From assembly GCA_029856105.1 (NCBI GenBank), contig JAHQWH010000059.1, positions 1 to 41,690 of the forward strand: DNA of 41,690 nt, read 5' to 3'. Shown here one piece after another: positions 18,183 to 27,140 of this stretch (position 1 is the stretch's first letter; every line of letters starts with the position of its first letter). The notes below the pieces were generated by a model, which had not been told where the DNA came from, made no database searches, and saw only the letters and a list, made by a program, of their open reading frames with translations. The stretch comes from Promethearchaeia archaeon (GTDB lineage Archaea > Asgardarchaeota > Lokiarchaeia > Sigyniarchaeales > SOKP01). A program made the translations under genes and the position numbers.

Positions 18183-19109
18183 ATGAGTACTGAATATAAT
18201 ATAGGTTTTGATTATTCTCATAAAAATAAGCTAATAATAGAGGACCCCGGATTCACTGATTTTATTGAATTTCTATTTAATTCGGATTTAAAATTGGGAA
18301 AAATTGAAGCGGGAATTACTTACGAAAAATTATCTGCTTATAATGTATTTATTATAGGTGTTCCGGTTGCTGAATCTTATCTAACCTCGGAAGAAATTGA
18401 GGATTTATTGAATTACGTTAATGATGGAGGGTCGCTTCTAATTATAAACGATAAAGGAGGAGACTACGAGAACAAAAATAATTTATCCGAGTTAACAAAA
18501 CATTTTGGAATTAAATTCAACCACGATCAGTTATTTGATAACGAAAATTTCTCGAAAGATAATTCGCGTCCGATAATTAAAGAATTCAAAAAACACTTTA
18601 TAACTCGAGATATTACTCAAATTATTCATTCTGTGGGTTGTACTTTAGAAATTGATAAATCAGTTGAAAATGAGGATATCGATGTTAACGCGGTCGCGTT
18701 TTCATCTGAAGAATCTGCTTGGCACAAATATTTTGATGGAGAAGAATGGGTTGATGAACCTGTTAAAAGTTTACCAATAATAGCAATCGGACATCATAGT
18801 ATGGGAAAAATTGTAGCCATAGGGAACTTGTCTCTTTTTTCTGGCTTCCACGATTCATACGGTATTCACGCTGCTGACAACTTTAAATTAATTTCTAATG
18901 TAATCTCTTGGCTTATGAATAAAGCTCATTCTCAAGAAGCACAGTTATCGCAACCCATATACACGGCTATTCCCATTGAACAAGATCTATTTTATTGGAT
19001 AAAAGAAAAACTTGACGAAGGACGATGGAACACCGTAGAAGAAATCGTTAACTTTGGGCTTAAAGTCGTTAAATTTAGAATGAGAAAGCACGACTCTCAA
19101 GAAGAATAG
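18183..19109 (+). CDS. GIFT (GldG/IFT52, DUF4350-like) domain protein with C-terminal RHH-like module
   Basis: FDYSH, EEIEDLLNYVNDGGSLLIINDKGG..NNLSELTKHFGIKFN, GKIVAIGN.SLF, DNFKLISNVISWL; tail IEQDLFYWIKEKLDEGRWNTVEEIVNFGLK. Confidence 0.7.
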   Translation: MSTEYNIGFDYSHKNKLIIEDPGFTDFIEFLFNSDLKLGKIEAGITYEKLSAYNVFIIGVPVAESYLTSEEIEDLLNYVNDGGSLLIINDKGGDYENKNNLSELTKHFGIKFNHDQLFDNENFSKDNSRPIIKEFKKHFITRDITQIIHSVGCTLEIDKSVENEDIDVNAVAFSSEESAWHKYFDGEEWVDEPVKSLPIIAIGHHSMGKIVAIGNLSLFSGFHDSYGIHAADNFKLISNVISWLMNKAHSQEAQLSQPIYTAIPIEQDLFYWIKEKLDEGRWNTVEEIVNFGLKVVKFRMRKHDSQEE

Positions 19110-19203
19110 AAAAAAGATCTCTTTAGTTCAATTCATCAATGTTTTTATATCAAGACATCTAATTCATCTTAAAGAAACTTAATTTTAGATAAAGGATTTT
19201 ATT

Positions 19204-20091
19204 ATGGGTCATTTTAACAAAGAAGGTAAGTTTAATGAAAATTCATACTTGATAGATGCAGAATTCATGAAGCTAAAGGGGACTTTTTCGTTGTATCTTT
19301 TAGAAAATGATGGAATGCGGATGTTAATTGATGTTGGAGAAACGTTGGCTGCAAGAAAGATCGTCAAAAAGCTTAAAGCCTTAGGACTTTTCCCAATCCA
19401 TAAGATCTTACTTACTCACGCGCATTGGGATCATATTCAAGCACTCCCTCGAATCTTAAAACAAATGGAGGGAGAAGAAGTTGAAATATTGGCACATAAA
19501 AATGCTCTTGGCATTTTAAAAGATCCTGAGGAAATGAACAAATATTTTGAGTTTATAGTAGAACCTATAGAAAACATAACTCCCTTGAAAGAAAATGATA
19601 CTATTGATTTGAATGGGTTTGAACTTAGTATTTACGAATTTTTTGGGCACACGCAAGATTCAATTGGCGTATACGATAAGGTACATAAAAACATCATCAT
19701 AGGAGATGCGATCATGGATCTCTTTGAAAATGAGACTTATTTCCCCACACTATATGGGCCACATTTTGATGAACAATCATTATTGAATTCATTTGATAAA
19801 CTTCAAGGAATGAAAGATCAATTGGAATCTATCTCTCTTGCCCACTTCGGCGTGTATAGTGGTGATGATTTTCAGAGAATTTTAAATGGTCTTAAAGCCA
19901 AATACTTGAATGCTAAAGATTCAATCATAAAGTGGTATAATGAAAATCCGGATGGTGATTACGTAACTGAAAAATATCAAGAACACATCATCCCCAATTC
20001 AAAAATATTTCCCAAAGAAAATCTTGGGGGAATACATTGGCTTATTGTGCAAAATATTAAAGCTTTAAAAGCTGCAGGCTTCATTAAATAA
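19204..20091 (+). CDS. Metallo-beta-lactamase-fold hydrolase
   Basis: LIDVG, THAHWDH, GHT, GDA, LAHFG. Confidence 0.9.
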   Translation: MGHFNKEGKFNENSYLIDAEFMKLKGTFSLYLLENDGMRMLIDVGETLAARKIVKKLKALGLFPIHKILLTHAHWDHIQALPRILKQMEGEEVEILAHKNALGILKDPEEMNKYFEFIVEPIENITPLKENDTIDLNGFELSIYEFFGHTQDSIGVYDKVHKNIIIGDAIMDLFENETYFPTLYGPHFDEQSLLNSFDKLQGMKDQLESISLAHFGVYSGDDFQRILNGLKAKYLNAKDSIIKWYNENPDGDYVTEKYQEHIIPNSKIFPKENLGGIHWLIVQNIKALKAAGFIK

Positions 20092-20120
20092 AAATAAATA
20101 ATTTCATTTTTCCATTAGTT

Positions 20121-20687
20121 TTGGTGTTTCTCATGATTATAACTGATAAAAAAGAGTTATTGATTGGAGTCTTATCCGATACGCACATCCCACATAGGAC
20201 TACCATTTTTCCTGAAATCGTGCTAGGAGATTTTAAGAAAAGAAATGTAGATTATGTATTTCATCTGGGGGACTTTACTGAGTATAAAGTGTATAAACGC
20301 CTTGTTGATGAATTTGGTAAGGAAAAAATTATTGCTGTTCGAGGTAACATGGATTTTGACCAAGAATTAAATAATATTTTACCCGATAAAATAGAATTGG
20401 AGATTCTTAGTCATAAGATCTTAATGCTACATGGAATGGGTGGACCTAACATGATAATAAAAAGATTAATCAAAAAGTTGGATTTAGATAATTCAGATTA
20501 TGATATCATAATATTCGGTCATACTCATCGCCCAGTAAACGAAGAAATACAATTAACATTAAAGAAAGTTTTATTTTTTAATCCAGGTACTACAACACCA
20601 ATCGATAACAAGTTTACAGTGATAAGTTCATATGGTTTCATTAGAATCTCTAAAGATAAGGTTGAAAGAGAAATTATATATTTATAA
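20121..20687 (+). CDS. YfcE/MJ0936/Vps29-family metallophosphoesterase (start may be ATG 20133)
   Basis: SDTH, HLGD, RGNMD, LHG, FGHTH, NPG. Confidence 0.9.
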   Translation: MVFLMIITDKKELLIGVLSDTHIPHRTTIFPEIVLGDFKKRNVDYVFHLGDFTEYKVYKRLVDEFGKEKIIAVRGNMDFDQELNNILPDKIELEILSHKILMLHGMGGPNMIIKRLIKKLDLDNSDYDIIIFGHTHRPVNEEIQLTLKKVLFFNPGTTTPIDNKFTVISSYGFIRISKDKVEREIIYL

Positions 20688-20800
20688 AATATTCAAAATA
20701 CGAAGAATTAGATTAGAACATAAAGCTGATAAAATGAATGAGTAGAGCTTAAAAGTACTATTAAAAATTAGATTTATAAGATTTTAAAATTAAGGTCTGA

Positions 20801-21415
20801 TTATGAGCTTTCCATAGCTTTGCCACTCAATTTTTTGTAGTGGTTAAGCACGGCTTGTCTGGCGGCATATACAAATGCTCTTTTTACGTTAACTCCCGTA
20901 ATAGCGATAGTTTCGTAAATCAAGGTGTGGTCCATCTTGGCGGTATCTAAAACCTGTCTAATTTTTGATATCTCGACGATGTCTTCAAGATCTCTTTTAT
21001 TGGCTAACACTACCAGAGGTACTTCTGGGGGGTCAAATGGGGCTGGGGGAATTAATTTATCACCGTAAAACTTCAATAGTTCTTTTAAAGACCATATATT
21101 TTCTTGAAATTGGTCAATTAGGGAATCGAAAGTGAATATTACGGCATCGGTGCCCTTCAAAACGGTCTGGCGTTGGAATTTATGTCTGCGCTGGCCAGCA
21201 ACGGTATATACTTGAAAAACTACGTTAGATACTCTTGCAACTACCCGATCAAAAAACAGAGTTCGTCCAGTAGGGTCCTGAATTTGTTGCATGTCCCCAC
21301 TAGCTAGTCCTTCACGATGGTAAACCCACTCTAATGCGGTAGTTTTTCCGCCGAGCGAAGGACCGTAAAAACAAATCTTAAAAACTAGCGTTCCATCTCC
21401 TCGTCTACTTGGCAT
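20801..21415 (-). CDS. Small GTPase, MglA/Arf-like
   Basis: KICFYGPSLGGKTT (G1), RTLFFD (G2 with MglA-type Arg), YTVAGQ (G3 lacking Asp, as in MglA), NKRD (G4), TIA (G5). Confidence 0.9.
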   Translation of the reverse strand: MPSRRGDGTLVFKICFYGPSLGGKTTALEWVYHREGLASGDMQQIQDPTGRTLFFDRVVARVSNVVFQVYTVAGQRRHKFQRQTVLKGTDAVIFTFDSLIDQFQENIWSLKELLKFYGDKLIPPAPFDPPEVPLVVLANKRDLEDIVEISKIRQVLDTAKMDHTLIYETIAITGVNVKRAFVYAARQAVLNHYKKLSGKAMESS

Positions 21416-21636
21416 TGATTAAAACCTCGATTATAATAAAAAAGTCAAGTTTGATTTTATAGAATTATAGAACTAATAATAATTAATATATATTAAATTT
21501 CGCAAATCAAAAACTTTGCTATTATTAAAAATTCAATTAATTCTAACTGAATGTAATTAATTCTAGTATCCATATATCACGAATAATATTTGAAGTTCCT
21601 TTTTTTAAAAATGAGGTATTAAGTTCAAGTTTAGCT

Positions 21637-22785
21637 TTAGTAAAAGGGGTTATGATATTGAGTATTTTGTTGAGAAAAAATGGTTTTTTCCTTAATTTCC
21701 TTATCGATCAATCCTTCGATGTGACAAAGATATTCGTATTCGTCTTTTAAACAGAGTGTAATTGCAACTCCGCGTTTATTCATGCGAGAAGTTCTCCCTA
21801 TTCGATGGACATAATTCTCTGGGTATTTTGGAATGTCGTAATTAAAAACATGTGAAATATTATTGATATCCAAACCTCTAGCTGCAACATCTGTGGCAAT
21901 GAGTAAGTTAATCTTATGCGCTTTAAAAGCTTTCAAAATTTTTTCTCTTTGATGTTGAGACAAGTCTCCAGAAATAAGATCCACATTATATATGAAATTA
22001 TCTAACGACTTTAACCTCTTGCTCAACCAAGACGCAGTTCTTTTCGTGTTCACGAAGACTAGAAGGTGATCTGGTTTTTCTCTCCTCAGTATTTTAAGGA
22101 AAGTTTTTAGTTTATCTCCATATCTGTCAATCAGATAATAGAACTGTTTTGTGTTTCCAACAGTCAAATTATCTCTGCTTAAGTTTAAAAATTCGAAACT
22201 ATTTTTCGAATATTGTTTCACTAATTCTCTGATTCTATTGTCAAAAGTTGCAGAGAATAGCATGAATTGGTAATCCGAATGAATTTGATTTAAAATGTAT
22301 TTCACATCTGGAGTGAAACCCATATCAAACATTCTATCAGCTTCATCAACGACAACAAACCTAATTTCATTTAATCTTAAATTTCTTCTTTTGTACAAAT
22401 CAATAATTCTTCCTGGAGTTCCAATGATAATATTTATGCCGTTTTCTAGTTTATTTATTTGATTATTTATAGAAACTCCGCCATAAATCGGAAATGCTTT
22501 TACTCTTGAATCTCCCAAATCTCTAACTACTTCGTATATTTGATTTGCTAACTCCCTCGTCGGGACCAAGATTAAAGCTTCATTACGCGTAAATTTAAGG
22601 TTTTCTATTATTGGAAGTATAAAAGCTAAAGTTTTGCCACTACCTGTTCTCGCTTGAGCCATTATGTTTTGGCCCTTTAAGATTAGAGGTATAGCTTTTA
22701 GTTGGACAGGCGTGGGTTTATTTATGTTAACTTTTTTTAACGCGTTAGCGTTATGTTCGTTAATTCCTAATTCTGTAAAGTTCAA
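21637..22785 (-). CDS. DEAD-box RNA helicase
   Basis: Q-motif PTPVQ, ARTGSGKT, PTRELA, TPGR, DEAD, SAT, ARGLD, HRIGRTSR. Confidence 0.95.
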   Translation of the reverse strand: MNFTELGINEHNANALKKVNINKPTPVQLKAIPLILKGQNIMAQARTGSGKTLAFILPIIENLKFTRNEALILVPTRELANQIYEVVRDLGDSRVKAFPIYGGVSINNQINKLENGINIIIGTPGRIIDLYKRRNLRLNEIRFVVVDEADRMFDMGFTPDVKYILNQIHSDYQFMLFSATFDNRIRELVKQYSKNSFEFLNLSRDNLTVGNTKQFYYLIDRYGDKLKTFLKILRREKPDHLLVFVNTKRTASWLSKRLKSLDNFIYNVDLISGDLSQHQREKILKAFKAHKINLLIATDVAARGLDINNISHVFNYDIPKYPENYVHRIGRTSRMNKRGVAITLCLKDEYEYLCHIEGLIDKEIKEKTIFSQQNTQYHNPFY

Positions 22786-22916
22786 TTTATTTGTTCACTA
22801 AAAAAATCTTTCTTTTCTCACTCTAAATCAAGTATTTAAATTATTTGTGAAAGATAAACTTTACTAAAATTCTAATTTTTGATAAAAATGGTATATAGAT
22901 TTAATTTAATTTACAA

Positions 22917-25091
22917 TTAACTCTTAAAAACAACTTCTTTGGTCAAATTATCCAGTTTCATTAGCTTTTGATAGATAAAGGTTCTAACCTTCTCAGGAGT
23001 TATTTTTGGGTTGTTGAATACTAAATCTTGTACTACGGTATGATATTTCTGGCTTTTTTTTGCCAATTTTATGTGGAGTTCATTCTGTTCGTCGTATAAT
23101 GGAATTGGAAAAGAGAAAGGTCTTTTATGAATGTGCCTACTCGATTTTATGAGCTTAATGTTTTTCGAAAGTATTAGAGAGTTGAAAATTGCCGATAGAT
23201 AATGCGCCTCGTTTTGTGAATCGGTGGAATAGTAGTAATTTTCTGAACAAATTATTATTTCCTTTTCTTCGTTATCGATAACTGCCGATTTCAGACGGGA
23301 ACCACTTGCGTTGTATACGACGATATATTGTTTGTTATTAATTTGTTTGGTTAATTTATTCCAATAATTCAAGTTTGAGAAAAGATTATCGATTTCGCTC
23401 GTTTCTACCTTGTTTTCTCTATAAAATTTATTAAGCTCATTGTAAAACTCTAAAGCTCTTGGATTATTTTTAAGGAAGGTCTCGTCAAATTCAAAATTTT
23501 CGTTAATTGGCAAAAATACGCGTTTAAATCGCTTTATACCGAATGGTATTAGATCTTTGTTTAAAAAAGCCTTAAAATTGAATTTGTTTTCAATTTTTTT
23601 ATTTTGAAAAGAATACCTCCAATTTTTCTTAGCGCGTAATTTAACTTCAGGATCGGAAGAGATTTGTAGATATTTTTCATTTTCCCCGTCTATTTTAAAA
23701 AAGACAAGCGCTCGAGGTACCAAAGTCGCCCCTTGAAGGAATTTACGTCTGTATTGACTTTCTGAAAGCGTATTTAAGAAATTTAGATCTTGTTCGGGTA
23801 AAATAATTTTTGCTCCCTTCTCGTCGAATGCTAAGCTAGAGTAAGTTGTTGCTCGTTGAATTTCAAGAGCGCTATCGTAAATTTTAGTCTTAATTGGATA
23901 TTTTTCGGAAATTGGAATTTCCGAACTTCTTCCGATATATTTTGCTTTTAGACAGATATGCTCTACGTTAAAGAAATAATTGTTAGGAAAATCCCATATT
24001 TCAATCTTATTAAAAACTGAAAACGCGCGGAACTTATAGCAATGATCTCCGTTTAAAATGCTCTTAGTAAGAACAAAGAATATACTTCCTCCAATTTTTA
24101 AGAATGCTATAGGGATCGCGTAAAAAAAAACTGCTGCTAGTTCAATGTGGGTGATGTATTGACTTTGGGGCTTAATTCCTAACGTTTCAGATAGCGTTCT
24201 AATCTTTATTTGGTACTCCTTATTGACAATGTCTTTGTAAGTTAACCACGGAGGGTTTCCAATAATTAAGTCAAACGAATGATAAAGCTCCGATAAACGA
24301 ATCTTAAGGTTTTTTTTGTTCTGGTCGGGAAAAAGAGCGTCTATTAGAAAAATATTTATTTTGGGAAGTTTATAATTTTCTGCTTTGTAATAATCGAAAA
24401 GTAGCAATAATATATTTGCCTTAGCCGTCAAGGTTGCTAATAGGTTAATATCAAAGCCGTAAATATTTTCAATCGCATCAAATTTTTCATTTTTTTTAAC
24501 GTTAGAATTGAGGATTTTGATAATGATCTCTATTAAAAAACTACCAGAACCGCAGGAAGGATCTAAAGTCTTTACACCCATTTCGTAAAAATCGTCAATC
24601 ATTTTTTTAGCGAGTTCAGGTGGAGTATAGAATTCTCCTAATTTATGCCTTGTTATGATAAAAAAAACTTGCTGATACAATTTTTGGAAGAGATCGTGAT
24701 AAGCAAAACGAGAATCTTTTAATAATACGTGTATCTGGTTAATAACATCTTTTTTGAGATCTGGACAAAAAAAATATTCTAATTCGCTTAAGTTATGATT
24801 CTGATAAATATCTTTGAGGCTTTCCTCTCCTTGAGCGTTTAATTTTCTCACTATTAAAAGCTTTAGAATTAGTGCGAAGTAGGAATGTTTTAGAAAAAGA
24901 GAATGATCAATATCATTTCCATAAATGCGTTTAAAAATCGATTTCCAAAGTCGATATTTCTTTTGGAACTCTAATTCGTCTAATTTCGCTTGTTTTTCAA
25001 GAAAATTAGTGATCTCGTTATAAAAAACCGAATTTATTCCAAAGAAATTCAAAATCTTTTTCGAATCAATTACTTTTTCGTACTCAACCAT
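22917..25091 (-). CDS. N6-adenine DNA methyltransferase (gamma class, Eco57I/type IIG-like MTase plus TRD)
   Basis: LGEFYTP, LDPSCGSGSF (motif I), GFDIN, IGNPPW (motif IV), long C-terminal specificity region. No nuclease motif recognised in the short N-terminus. Confidence 0.88.
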   Translation of the reverse strand: MVEYEKVIDSKKILNFFGINSVFYNEITNFLEKQAKLDELEFQKKYRLWKSIFKRIYGNDIDHSLFLKHSYFALILKLLIVRKLNAQGEESLKDIYQNHNLSELEYFFCPDLKKDVINQIHVLLKDSRFAYHDLFQKLYQQVFFIITRHKLGEFYTPPELAKKMIDDFYEMGVKTLDPSCGSGSFLIEIIIKILNSNVKKNEKFDAIENIYGFDINLLATLTAKANILLLLFDYYKAENYKLPKINIFLIDALFPDQNKKNLKIRLSELYHSFDLIIGNPPWLTYKDIVNKEYQIKIRTLSETLGIKPQSQYITHIELAAVFFYAIPIAFLKIGGSIFFVLTKSILNGDHCYKFRAFSVFNKIEIWDFPNNYFFNVEHICLKAKYIGRSSEIPISEKYPIKTKIYDSALEIQRATTYSSLAFDEKGAKIILPEQDLNFLNTLSESQYRRKFLQGATLVPRALVFFKIDGENEKYLQISSDPEVKLRAKKNWRYSFQNKKIENKFNFKAFLNKDLIPFGIKRFKRVFLPINENFEFDETFLKNNPRALEFYNELNKFYRENKVETSEIDNLFSNLNYWNKLTKQINNKQYIVVYNASGSRLKSAVIDNEEKEIIICSENYYYSTDSQNEAHYLSAIFNSLILSKNIKLIKSSRHIHKRPFSFPIPLYDEQNELHIKLAKKSQKYHTVVQDLVFNNPKITPEKVRTFIYQKLMKLDNLTKEVVFKS

Positions 25092-25099
25092 TCTTTATC
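25063..25099. repeat. Left copy of 37-bp direct repeat (att-like), containing the MTase start codon
   Basis: gaatcaattactttttcgtactcaaccattctttatc, 35/37 identical to 26921-26957. Confidence 0.9.
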
Positions 25100-25191
25100 T
25101 TTGCATGGAACCAATAAAAATGCTGGCATTAGAATAATAAAATATTCTTGGACCATTTTTTTGTTAAAGAGCATTCTGAATTCTTCATGTT

Positions 25192-25620
25192 TTAAAGGCG
25201 GTGCTTACGACATATCAGAGGAATTGATAATGCAGAACCATCGCTAAATCTAAAATGCTTGTCGACAACAAATTTCTCAAGCTTCTTATCAAAGATAAAA
25301 AATTCGGAGCCTTCTGTAATTGTAAGAACTCTTGTTAGGGGATTATCGTCATCTTCGCAAACAATTTTATATAAATCAACCAAGGATTTTGAATCTAAAC
25401 CAACTCTTTCTAACTTCGCTTCGAGATTCGTGGCGTGAGAAAGAAAATTTACCGCCAGCAAATAACCGCTCGACGTATGGAACGCCCTACCATCTTCACT
25501 CTCCACAACTTCGCTAAAAACATAATAACTGATTCCGCTAAAATCTTTCCCATCCAACAAAAAGGACATTAAATCGTGATATTCGCTATTTGAATGAACG
25601 AAGTAAAGCCAATCTACCAT
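25192..25620 (-). CDS. Hypothetical protein (element cargo)
   Basis: 142-aa ORF preceded by GGAGGA SD-like sequence; no recognisable motif. Confidence 0.7.
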   Translation of the reverse strand: MVDWLYFVHSNSEYHDLMSFLLDGKDFSGISYYVFSEVVESEDGRAFHTSSGYLLAVNFLSHATNLEAKLERVGLDSKSLVDLYKIVCEDDDNPLTRVLTITEGSEFFIFDKKLEKFVVDKHFRFSDGSALSIPLICRKHRL

Positions 25621-25719
25621 AAATTTTATTCCTCCATTATAATAACAAAAAACAAGTATTTAAAGTTATAGGTAATCTGCGATACTTGGTTGACCCGGAT
25701 TAACGTCAGTCTGCTTTAT

Positions 25720-25863
25720 AAGTAGAATACGACACGGATTTTGAAGAAGATTTAGAGCTTAAAATGTTATGGAGAAAAATACGAAGAAGTAAAATCTCTT
25801 TTTCTTGATTTTATAGCTAGTTTTGAAGTAGAATACGACACGGATTTTGAAGAAGATTTAGAG
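25720..25863. repeat. Perfect 38-bp direct repeat, two copies (25720-25757 and 25826-25863)
   Basis: aagtagaatacgacacggattttgaagaagatttagag twice, separated by 68 nt. Confidence 0.9.
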
Positions 25864-26013
25864 AAATTAAGCAATATTTTTGAAACGATTCACGATTTTT
25901 ACGAAGGATGTAGTTACCGTTTAGAGAACGAAGAACCAAAAAAAGAATACAAAGAAATAGTTCAAATCGCAAAAAAAATATACGAAACTCTTGAAAACCA
26001 AAACGTTAAATGA
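25756..26013 (+). pseudogene. Start-less (5'-truncated) acidic helical ORF, 85 codons
   Basis: ..CYGEKYEEVKSLFLDFIASFEVEYDTDFEEDLEKLSNIFETIHDFYEGCSYRLENEEPKKEYKEIVQIAKKIYETLENQNVK*. No in-frame start after the upstream TAG; its TGA overlaps the GAGG SD of the next gene. Confidence 0.6.
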
Positions 26014-26023
26014 GGAAACAACT

Positions 26024-26608
26024 ATGGTAGAAAAAGCTCAAACGATAAGAAAAGTAGTAAGCCAGAAGACCTTAGACTCCAAGAAATTCATAGTGGGCGC
26101 TAAGGGAGAGAGAGTAAGATGCGAGTTTTGTAAGGGGAAAGTCGTGGACATAATAAGACACTTGCAGAAATGCCACCGAAATCCGAGCAACGCCCCTAAG
26201 ATCGAAGTCGATTGGGAGTATTTGGAGCAATACCAAGAGTTCGAGAACTATTTAATTAAAGACCCTCGCACCGAAAAAGCGAAAGAGTTTAACCAGATTC
26301 TCGCCCCTAAGGGCAACCCTTTCGAAGAATTCGAGGTAAAAATGTTGGATTACGCAATCAACCTACCTAAAACCCATAAAGACAAGATGATAAACCAGAA
26401 ACTCGACGAAATATTGACCGCAGGCATCGAATTAAGGCTTTTGAACAAAGAAGAGTTCCTCGACAAGTTAAAGGACAAAGTGAGGAAGGGATATCACCTC
26501 TACCTATTTGATCGGCTAAAACCTACCACTATCGAAGAGATCGAGCAAAACGAAGGTATTTTGTGGCAAGATCAAAGAAAGTCTGTAAAAAAAACCAGAG
26601 GGTATTAA
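26024..26608 (+). CDS. C2HC zinc-finger protein (element cargo; ATG 26024 preferred over TTG 25991)
   Basis: CEFC-x9-H-x3-C in RCEFCKGKVVDIIRHLQKCHRNP; GAGG upstream of ATG 26024. Confidence 0.72.
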   Translation: MVEKAQTIRKVVSQKTLDSKKFIVGAKGERVRCEFCKGKVVDIIRHLQKCHRNPSNAPKIEVDWEYLEQYQEFENYLIKDPRTEKAKEFNQILAPKGNPFEEFEVKMLDYAINLPKTHKDKMINQKLDEILTAGIELRLLNKEEFLDKLKDKVRKGYHLYLFDRLKPTTIEEIEQNEGILWQDQRKSVKKTRGY

Positions 26609-26611
26609 ATT

Positions 26612-26965
26612 ATGGCAAAAGCAGAACCAACCAAAAATTACGACAATACAAGGATTTTAAAGATATTGCTAACAGCCAAGATTTTTTCGCTTTTTTTAGA
26701 TTTTTTTTTAGACCAAATCTACTACAGGCACAAGAACGGATACCAAGCGTCTTTAGGAGAGTTCGTTGGAAGGTCGTGTCGCGTCGCCCCTCTTAGAAAC
26801 ACGCTACGAGAAGCGATTAAAGACTGTTTTGAGTTCATGGAAGCCCACAACGACAAACGCCTTTTAAAGATTCGATTAGACGAGCAATATTTTGCTCAGA
26901 ACTTGGCAACTTCTATTTTTGAATCAATTACTTTTTCGTTCTCAACCATTCTCTATCAAGTATAA
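26612..26965 (+). CDS. Hypothetical protein (element cargo) whose 3' end reads through the right repeat
   Basis: 117-aa ORF 3 nt downstream of the Zn-finger gene; last about 14 codons come from the repeat and flank. Confidence 0.55.
   Translation: MAKAEPTKNYDNTRILKILLTAKIFSLFLDFFLDQIYYRHKNGYQASLGEFVGRSCRVAPLRNTLREAIKDCFEFMEAHNDKRLLKIRLDEQYFAQNLATSIFESITFSFSTILYQV
26921..26957. repeat. Right copy of 37-bp direct repeat (att-like), encoding an orphaned MTase N-terminus MVENEKVIDSK
   Basis: gaatcaattactttttcgttctcaaccattctctatc. Confidence 0.9.
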
Positions 26966-27140
26966 AATCCCAATCAAATATATCTTCAGAATTAGACTTA
27001 TCATCTATCTTTGGCTCTAAAAAAAGAGCTTCAATTTTTTCATTCTTTCGTATTTTTTTACCTACTGTGTTTCCTGTCATCTCTTACTATTTTTTACACA
27101 TTTATGACTTAAAGATTAATATTTCCTTAGATTACTTTAC

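Larger units (their letters stand above)
25063..26957. mobile_element. Small integrated element or remnant at the 5' end of the MTase gene, no integrase visible
   Basis: Bounded by 37-bp direct repeats 1858 bp apart. Contains only orphan ORFs (one Zn-finger), a 5'-truncated ORF and an internal 38-bp duplication. Confidence 0.72.

Noticed and set aside
25720-25863. 38-bp repeat pair as a mini CRISPR array
   Set aside because: Only two copies, a 68-nt spacer, no palindrome or typical repeat end, one copy is coding-like, and no cas genes are in the window.
25063-26957. 37-bp repeat pair as a diversity-generating retroelement TR/VR
   Set aside because: Too short, the two mismatches are not both at adenines of one copy, and no reverse transcriptase is present.
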